In this document: piece by piece, positions 1 to 7,600 of the stretch
Position numbering within the stretch: the stretch's first letter is position 1
Layout: each line of letters starts with the position of its first letter
Source of the DNA: Clostridia bacterium
Lineage (GTDB): Bacteria; Bacillota; Clostridia; Oscillospirales; CAG-272
Assembly (NCBI GenBank): GCA_017625065.1
Contig: JAGALS010000075.1
Coordinates: 3,659-67,658, forward strand
Direction of reading: 5' to 3'
DNA length: 64,000 bases
Notes under the pieces: model-generated
What the model was told of the DNA's origin: nothing
Databases searched by the model: none
What the model saw: the letters and a program-made list of their open reading frames with translations, nothing else
Position numbers and translations under genes: made by a program

Positions 1-1
1 T

Positions 2-1963
2 AACACAAGGCATATTATAGCATTTGCGTTGGTCGGCATTCTGATTGTTTTGACATTGTCTAATCTGCAAGCGATATTATCTCCCATCAAAACTCTGAAT
101 TCCATCCTGGCGCCGATCACGATCGGTCTTGTATTGGCTTATATCTTAAATTTCTTTATGCGATTTTTTGAATACAAGCTATTCAACAAGATCAAGAAGC
201 GCACACTGAACAGAGCGCTCTCTATGCTGTTTTCCTATCTTCTGCTGCTTTTGATCATAGCGGGAATCATCTGGCTGATCATCCCCTCTGTGATAGAGAG
301 TATGCGAGATCTGCAGGCCAACGGTCTGTCTTACGTGACCCGTGTCATTGACTCGATCAACCAGATCGTTTCAAAGATCCCCTTTATACGCCCCGAAGAC
401 GGAACGGACTTTTTGAATCTTGAAAAACTGCTGAATTTCACCATCGAGATCCTTGGCGCATCGGGTAGCTTGATCGTATCCAACCTTGCTTCGATTGCGG
501 GCAGCACCTTGACCGTTCTCAAGAATATCATCGTGGGCATTTTTATCTCCATTTACGTTCTGCTCTCTAAGGAACGCCTGAATGCCGGCTGCCGCCGCTT
601 ATTCCGTGCGCTCTTCTCGGAGAAAAAAGAAAAAATGCTTCTTTACTATTTCGGCAAGGCGCACAAAAAGTTCGGCGGTTATATGATCGGCAAGCTGTTG
701 GATTCCTTTATGGTTATGCTGGTCTGTATGCTTCTGTTCACACTCTTCAAGATCCCTTACGCGATCCTGATCGCCGTGATCATCGGCATCACCGATATCA
801 TTCCCTTCTTCGGTCCCTTCCTCGGTGCCATTCCCTCGGCACTGATCATTTTCATCGCTTCCCCCTCGAAAGCGATCCTGTTTGCCCTTCTGATCCTTGT
901 CGTACAACAGATCGACGGCAACCTGATCGCGCCCGTGATCCTTGGAAACAAAACAGGTCTTTCGTCTCTTGGTGTCATTGTTGCCGTAACCGTTATGGGC
1001 AACGTGCTGGGTATCACAGGTATGCTGATCGGCGTTCCGCTGTTTGCCCTGATCCTGACACTTCTGGACGATTGGATCAAGTACCGTCTGAAAGCCAAAG
1101 GACACGAGACCGACATCAAGGAATACTATCCCGCCGATGCCTTTATCAGGCCGCAGGACGAGTCACAGCAATCCGAAACGCTGACCCAGCGCTTTGTCCA
1201 TTGGGTCCGCACGGTGGAAAGCGAAAAGGCAAACGTAGATTACGTTCCCTCTCGCCGTCATTCCTTTGGACGTATGATCCGTGTCGGCTGTCTGAGGATC
1301 GGCCGCACCTTCCAACGCCTGTTTTCGATCAAGCCCATCCCGGAGGATCATTCGGGTGTCATCTTTACGGATATTGCCGAGCACGGTATGCGTACCGATC
1401 GACTGTTTTGGCGTTCCTTCTTTATCTCCATCATAACACTTTTCATCTATCCTCTCTATATGATCGAGGTCATCGCGCAAAGCACCAACATCGCTTGCCG
1501 TCGGGATAACAAGCGCACGTGGCGCCTGTTCCCCTTCCTTCTGCTCTCCATCGTTACGGTGGGTATCTTTCCCTTGATCTGGCACTGCCAGGTCATTGAC
1601 CGCTTCAGCAACTATTGCAAGCGAAACGGCAAGGAATGTCCCGTTTCCAAGAGATTTTATCTGTGCTGGACCTTGCTTGGCTGGCCGATCATCGTCGGTC
1701 CCTTCATCGCGATCGCGCGGTTCCTGCGGGCATTCAGCCACGTTTGCACGATCTACAATTCCACTCACACCTTCCCACTTTCCAAAGCGCAAATGAAGAT
1801 CGAGCAGCACATTTTGAAGGAGCCCACGCCTCGCAAGAAGCGCAAGTCCCTGATCGATCAGATCAGCAGCCCCATCATCGAGATCAATACCGAGGATGAG
1901 CCGCAAGCAACCGAAGCGCTGACCGAGAATGAAGACAACAGCGAGATCCAAACAATAGATTGA
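2..1963 (+). CDS. AI-2E family (PerM/UPF0118) transporter, 5' end probably cut by the window edge, with a ~280-aa C-terminal extension (DUF4234-like membrane module plus acidic tail)
   Basis: The frame is open from base 2, and the track's TTG at 29 has no RBS, so the start is probably upstream. The multi-TM N-terminal part has AI-2E-like stretches LAPITIGLVLAYILNFF, ITDIIPFFGPFLGAIP and QQIDGNLIAPVILG. The extension carries hydrophobic hairpins FFISIITLFIYPLYMI and GIFPLIWHCQVIDRF, then an acidic tail. Confidence 0.75.
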   Translation, partial: NTRHIIAFALVGILIVLTLSNLQAILSPIKTLNSILAPITIGLVLAYILNFFMRFFEYKLFNKIKKRTLNRALSMLFSYLLLLLIIAGIIWLIIPSVIESMRDLQANGLSYVTRVIDSINQIVSKIPFIRPEDGTDFLNLEKLLNFTIEILGASGSLIVSNLASIAGSTLTVLKNIIVGIFISIYVLLSKERLNAGCRRLFRALFSEKKEKMLLYYFGKAHKKFGGYMIGKLLDSFMVMLVCMLLFTLFKIPYAILIAVIIGITDIIPFFGPFLGAIPSALIIFIASPSKAILFALLILVVQQIDGNLIAPVILGNKTGLSSLGVIVAVTVMGNVLGITGMLIGVPLFALILTLLDDWIKYRLKAKGHETDIKEYYPADAFIRPQDESQQSETLTQRFVHWVRTVESEKANVDYVPSRRHSFGRMIRVGCLRIGRTFQRLFSIKPIPEDHSGVIFTDIAEHGMRTDRLFWRSFFISIITLFIYPLYMIEVIAQSTNIACRRDNKRTWRLFPFLLLSIVTVGIFPLIWHCQVIDRFSNYCKRNGKECPVSKRFYLCWTLLGWPIIVGPFIAIARFLRAFSHVCTIYNSTHTFPLSKAQMKIEQHILKEPTPRKKRKSLIDQISSPIIEINTEDEPQATEALTENEDNSEIQTID

Positions 1964-2028
1964 TAACTTCAGGGGCGCTGTTCAAGTGATTGAGCAGCGC
2001 CCTTTGCATTATAACCAGGAGGTTTATT

Positions 2029-3876
2029 ATGAACGAAAAGCAAAAGGGCGGGATCTCGGTCAACACCGAGAACATATTCCCCGTCATCAAAAAGTGGCTC
2101 TATTCCGAAAAGGATATTTTTCTGCGCGAGATCGTTTCCAACGCCACGGATGCCATCACAAAGCTGAAGCGCCTGTCGTCGCTTGGGCAGTACAGCGCGG
2201 ACGAAACGCCCTATCGCATCGACGTGCGTTTGGACAAGGATGCAAAAACGCTGACCGTCGAGGATAACGGCATCGGTATGACCGAGGAGGAGCTAAAAAA
2301 ATACATCTGCTCGATCGCGCTCTCGGGCGCGGTGGACTTTTTGCAAAAGTACGAGGGTGAGGGCGAGTCCTCCAAAAACGGCATCATCGGTCATTTTGGT
2401 CTTGGCTTTTATTCCGCCTTTATGGTTAGCGATACCGTAGAAATTCACACAAAATCCTATACAGATGCGCCCGCCGTGCATTGGACCTGCAGCGCCGACG
2501 GTGATTATGAGATCGAGGCTGATGACAAGAGCTCGCGCGGCACCGAGGTGATCCTGCACATCAGCGACGACGAGGCAGCTTATTTGGAAAGTGGCAAGAT
2601 CCGCGAAATGCTGCACAAATACTGCGCCTTTATGCCCGTGGAGATCTATTTTGACGACGGCTCAGAGAAAAAAGAAGACGAGAGCGAGCAACCCATCAAC
2701 GACACGACTCCTCTGTGGCAAAAAGTGCCCTCCGAATGCACCGACGAGAATTACAAGGACTTTTACCACAAGGTCTTTGCCGATTTCCGTGAGCCGCTGT
2801 TCCAGATCCACATCAACGCCGACTATCCTTTGAATTTCAAGGGTATTCTTTACTTCCCTCGCATCAACAACAGCTATGAGTCGATTGAGGGGCAGGTCAA
2901 GCTGTATTACAACCAGGTCTTTGTTGCCGACAACATCAAGGAGGTCATCCCCGAATACCTTCTGATGCTGAAGGGCGTTCTGGATTGCCCGGAGCTTCCG
3001 CTCAACGTTTCGCGCAGCTATCTGCAGACCAACAGCTACGTGGCGAAGGTCAGCGCGCACATCGTCAAGAAGGTGGCGGACAAGCTGGTCTCGATGTACC
3101 GCGAGGATCGCGCGCAATACGAAAAGGTCTGGGACGACATCAAGACCTTTGTGGAATACGCTTGTATGCGTGATGAAAAGTTCTGGAATCGCACCAAGGA
3201 CGTGATCCTGCTAAAGCTCACCGACGGCACACACCTCAATATCAATGACTATTTAGAAAGTGCCAAGGAAAAGCACGAAAACACCGTTTATTACACCACC
3301 GATCCGTCGCTTCAGGCGCAGTATATCGCCATGTACGAGGCGCAGGGCATCCGCGTGGTCGAATTTGATCATATGCTGGACACCCAATTCGCCGCCATGG
3401 CGGAAAGTCGCATTTCGGGTGCGAAATTCGTCCGTGTGGATGCTGACGTTGCAAGTGTTCTCAAGGGTGACGGCACAGCCACCGAAAGCAAGGCGCTTCG
3501 CGACCTCTTGTGCAAGGTGAGCGGCAATGAAAAGCTGAACGTCGTGTTTGAATCGCTGAAGGATGCCGACATCCCTATGATACTGAACGTATCCGAGGAA
3601 TCGCGCCGTATGGAGGATATGATGCGGATGTACCGTATGACGGGCGGTGAAGGCGAAATGCCCGCCTTCCCCACCGATACGACACTGATCGTCAACACCG
3701 CTTCCCCACTGATCGCGCAGATCGGGGATATGTTGAACGCGGACAGCCAAAAGGCAGAGTCTTTGGCGGCATATCTTTACCGCCTGTCGGTGCTCTCTCA
3801 GCGCCGCTTCAGCGCAGAGGAGATGCAGTCGTTCCTGAAGGACAGCTACCGTATCCTGTTCGAGCTTTCCAAATAA
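2029..3876 (+). CDS. htpG: Molecular chaperone HtpG (Hsp90 family)
   Basis: GHKL ATPase signatures are present: ENIFPVIKKWLYSEKDIFLREIVSNATDAITKLK, DNGIGMT and GHFGLGFYSAF. ATG 2029 follows AGGAGG at 2017-2022. The track ORF start at 1990 lacks an RBS. Confidence 0.95.
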   Translation: MNEKQKGGISVNTENIFPVIKKWLYSEKDIFLREIVSNATDAITKLKRLSSLGQYSADETPYRIDVRLDKDAKTLTVEDNGIGMTEEELKKYICSIALSGAVDFLQKYEGEGESSKNGIIGHFGLGFYSAFMVSDTVEIHTKSYTDAPAVHWTCSADGDYEIEADDKSSRGTEVILHISDDEAAYLESGKIREMLHKYCAFMPVEIYFDDGSEKKEDESEQPINDTTPLWQKVPSECTDENYKDFYHKVFADFREPLFQIHINADYPLNFKGILYFPRINNSYESIEGQVKLYYNQVFVADNIKEVIPEYLLMLKGVLDCPELPLNVSRSYLQTNSYVAKVSAHIVKKVADKLVSMYREDRAQYEKVWDDIKTFVEYACMRDEKFWNRTKDVILLKLTDGTHLNINDYLESAKEKHENTVYYTTDPSLQAQYIAMYEAQGIRVVEFDHMLDTQFAAMAESRISGAKFVRVDADVASVLKGDGTATESKALRDLLCKVSGNEKLNVVFESLKDADIPMILNVSEESRRMEDMMRMYRMTGGEGEMPAFPTDTTLIVNTASPLIAQIGDMLNADSQKAESLAAYLYRLSVLSQRRFSAEEMQSFLKDSYRILFELSK

Positions 3877-3894
3877 ATCAAAGGAAGATAACAT

Positions 3895-4149
3895 ATGAAG
3901 AACTTTCGTTACGTACCGCGGGGCGTTTGCTCCCGTATGATCGATATTGAGCTTGAGGGCGACGTTATTCAATCTGTCCGCTTTCAGGGCGGCTGCTCGG
4001 GCAATACGCAGGGCATCGCCGCGCTGGTGCGCGGTATGCGCGTAGCTGACGCCATCGGGCGCCTGTCGGGGATCCGTTGCGGATTTAAGCCGACCTCCTG
4101 CCCCGATCAATTGGCAATGGCGCTAAAAGAGGCGTTGGAGCAAAATTGA
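3895..4149 (+). CDS. TSCPD-domain protein (TIGR03905-like small protein)
   Basis: 84-aa ORF with GGCSGNTQG and the C-terminal TSCPDQL motif. A GGAAG RBS lies upstream and a terminator follows. Confidence 0.8.
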   Translation: MKNFRYVPRGVCSRMIDIELEGDVIQSVRFQGGCSGNTQGIAALVRGMRVADAIGRLSGIRCGFKPTSCPDQLAMALKEALEQN

Positions 4150-4162
4150 ATTTTAACATTAA

Positions 4163-4190
4163 GGGCAGACCGACGGTCTGCCCTTTCGCA
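4163..4190 (+). terminator. Rho-independent terminator after the TSCPD gene
   Basis: GGGCAGACC-GAC-GGTCTGCCC stem-loop followed by TTTCGCATTTC. Confidence 0.7.
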
Positions 4191-4235
4191 TTTCATTAAA
4201 GCGAAATTTAAGCGCCCACCACCGGGCGGACACTC

Positions 4236-4470
4236 GCGGACCGTCGAGGACGTCGGTCCCTACGGTTGGTACGCTGTTCCATTGCTAGTCGCGGATTCGG
4301 ACAGTCGAGGACGCCTGTCCCTACGGTTGGTACGCTGTTCCATTGTTAGTCGCGGATTCGGACAGTCGAGGACGCCTGTCCCTACGGTTGGTACGCTGTT
4401 CCATTGCTAGTCGCGGATTCGGACAGTCGAGGACGCCTGTCCCTACGGGTTGGTGCGTTATCCCACGGCT
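4236..4470. repeat. Tandem array of about 3.8 copies of a 61-bp unit
   Basis: The unit is GCGGATTCGGACAGTCGAGGACGCCTGTCCCTACGGTTGGTACGCTGTTCCATTG(C/T)TAGTC. Full copies start at 4291 and 4352, a shorter first copy at 4236, and a degenerate fourth at 4413. Each unit contains a GGACAG-N10-CTGTCC hairpin. Confidence 0.9.
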
Positions 4471-4689
4471 ATGTGTCTCTACGGGTTTGTGGTTTTTTCC
4501 AGCGTTGGTCGCGAATTGGGAACGGTGGAAGCGGTGAAAAATCTTGCGCCGATTTTAATTTTTTGTTCATAAGTTCTAATTTTATAAAATTTTTTTGTGA
4601 TTTATCATGATTTAAAAGAAAACACTTGCTCTTTTTGTTAAAACATGATAAAATTATTACACTTATCTATTGTAAGGAGAATGATGTTT

Positions 4690-7600
4690 ATGAAGAGGAA
4701 ATGTAGGATCTTGGTATGCTTGATCGCTGCCATTATGATCGTATCCGCATTGCCGCTTGCCGTATTTGCACAAGACGGTGAGCCCGAAAGCGCTGTCGAC
4801 TACGTTACAAGCGGTCTTGTTTCGCGCTACGACGCCGACGACCGCGGTACGACCGACGGCGTTTGGGAGGATCTTGTCGGTACGAACGATATTGAGATCG
4901 TCAATAAAAGAACCGACGGCAAGGGCTCGGTCGCGTTCACAGATGACGGGCTGAAGCTGAGCAGCACCTGGTGCGATCTGCCCGAAGGGATCAATACGCT
5001 CCTGAGGGGCACATCCTTCACTATGGAGTTCTTGATGGGTGATATTGTGCAAGGGCATACGTTTCACGGTATCATCGGTGCCTCGAACGATTCGGCGACA
5101 TTATTTATTCACAACAATGGCAACTTATACCTGAAGTCCAGAGGTGAGATCAGCGGAGCGCGCCCCACCGTTCCCGGCGGGCTTGCTCTTTTTAAGAATT
5201 CCTTGCTCACGGCGACCTACGATACCGTAGCTCAGACAGCGGTGATCTACGTTAACGGCGTGGAGATGGGACGCGAGGTGATTTCGGCAAACGCGTTTAT
5301 GGCTGACACCGTCATTGCCGCGCTTGGCTATACCGGGACCAACCGCGACGGTCAGGAGCGCACCTACCGTTCGATCCGCTTCTATAACCGCGCGCTGAGC
5401 GTAAGCGAGATCGAAACGAACGCCTTTGTTGACGGCTTCCTTCGCTATCGGGAGGACACACAGTATGTGAGCGACGGTCTTGTGTCGCATTACGACGGCG
5501 TCGATCGCGGCACGGCCGACGGGGTTTGGAAGGACCTTGTCGGTACGAACGATATCACCGTCGCCAGCGGCGCGGGCGAGGGTGTTGGTACGATCGCGTT
5601 CCAAAACAACGGACTTTACATAAAGGATACCTATTGCGATCTGCCCGATGGAATAGACGCAGTGTTGAAGGGTACGTCCTTCACCATGGAATTTTTAATG
5701 GGCGATATTGTGCAAGGACACAAATATCACACCATTCTGGGCGCTCCAAACGATGAATTGGGATTGTTTATCACCAGCTCTGTTTTGTATCTTAAATCTC
5801 CGGGTGAGACAAGTAATAAAAAGAGACCCAGTGCTTCCGGTGGGCTTGACGTTTTTGGAAACGCCCTCATTTCTGTTACCTACGATACCGTAGCCAAGAC
5901 AGCGGCGATCTATATCAACGGCGTTGAGATGGGACGTAACGTCCTTGACGGAGACCCCGCTTTGGTATCTTCTTTCGCTACGCTTGGATATAGCGGTACC
6001 GATAACCGCGCCAATCAGGAGCGCACCTACCGTTCGATCCGCTTCTACAACCGCGTGCTGAGCGCAAGCGAGATCATGCAGAACGCCTATGTCGACGGAA
6101 TGCATCCCGGCATCGCGATCGCGCAGCCCGTCACCAACATCGTGGGCGATATGGCGATGACCAGGGACATCGGCTCCGCCGCGGAGCTTGCGGAAATGAT
6201 GGCGGCTGACCGTCTGCCCGCCGCCGCGATCTATCGCATCAATTCCGAGCTTTTCGTAACGGACGGCGACGGCAATGCCTTTGCCCGACTGTTTGACGTG
6301 ATCAAGCAGACCGAATTCAAGGTGCTGCCCGTCGTCATCCCCGAGGATCTTAACACGGTCAACGCCCTGGTAGTATTCATCAAGGAGATCGGCTTTTACG
6401 ATATCAGCATCCTGACAAAGGACGCAGAGCTGCTGAAGGCGGTGAGGGCAAAAATGCCCGCCCTGCGCGGCGCGCTTGACCTGACCGATGTATATAAGGA
6501 CAGATCGGAGCTGACAAAGGACGATCTGATCAATATACGAAAGACCGCAAACATCAACGGTGCCACGGTCGTTCTTTTGCCTGCGGCGCTTGCGACAAAG
6601 GATAACGTCCAGCACCTTTACAACCGACAGATCAACGTGTGGGTCGGCATTTCCGACACGCCCACCGCGGCAGAGAAGTACAACGCCCTGCTTTCGGGCG
6701 CTGTGGGTGTCATTTCCGACGACACGGCAGGGCTGCTGGATATTGCTTTGGCACTGCCCGCGAACACCATGACGAGATCCCCCCTCAACGGCGGTCACAG
6801 AGGCATCCCCTCCAAGGCGCCCGAAAACACGGTTGAGGGCTCGATCCTTGCATGGGAGCTTGGCGCGAACTACGTCGAGATGGACGTGCTTTTGTCCAAG
6901 GACAATAAGGTCGTCGTGTGTCATGACAGCACCACCAACAGAACGTGCGACCAGAATTATACGGTAGAAAACGAAAATTATGTGGGCGTGCTTGAGCACG
7001 TAAAGGCAAATAAGGGTTTTGAGAACGATCCCTTGTATAAGGATTGCAAGCTCCCACTTTTGGATGATTATTTTGAATACTTCAAGAACACGGACTGCCT
7101 GATGGTCGTTGAGATCAAGAGCGGTAATACGAATATCGTGCCTTACGTCAAAGCGTTGACCGAGCAGTACAACATGTACGATCAGGTATTCGTGATCTCG
7201 TTTAAAGCCAATATCAGAGCCACGATGCGTGAGCTGTGGCCCGAAATGTCCGTGGGTTATCTTACGAACGGAATTTTGAGCGAAACTGACGCCGATCGGA
7301 CCGCGATCGATGCCATGAATGCATTAGGCAGCGACAGCACGTCCTTTAACCCTCAGATCGGCAGCTTGTCAAGCAAAGCGGCTCGCGCCACACTGCTGCG
7401 CGGCTTCCAGGTCAATACATGGGGCGGCAACATTGGCAGTATCAGCTTGGCAAAATTCCTTGCTTCCGGACTTCCCAGCTTTGCGTACAACCAGACCGAC
7501 TATTTTGGCTCTGCCGTACAGAGCTTTGCAGCCAACCTTCCCGAAAAGCTGCTCCTAGGCAAAAGTGCTGTGATCTCCATGGATCTTTTGACCTATGCCA

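Noticed and set aside
1072-1951. Alternative-frame ORFs (145 aa on plus, 262 aa on minus) within the AI-2E gene extension
   Set aside because: They lie inside a continuous 644-codon ORF with coherent TM topology. The alternative frames have arginine- and proline-rich nonsense composition and no RBS.
4236-4470. Possible CRISPR array
   Set aside because: The repeats are contiguous, with no unique spacers between them. The unit (61 bp) is too long, and no cas genes are in the window.
4343-4610. Two ORFs (64 and 68 aa, both starting MLVADSDSRGRLSLR...) reading through the 61-bp repeats
   Set aside because: Their sequence similarity is a direct consequence of the tandem DNA repeat. They have no RBS and no plausible protein features, and the 61-bp period shifts frame at every unit.
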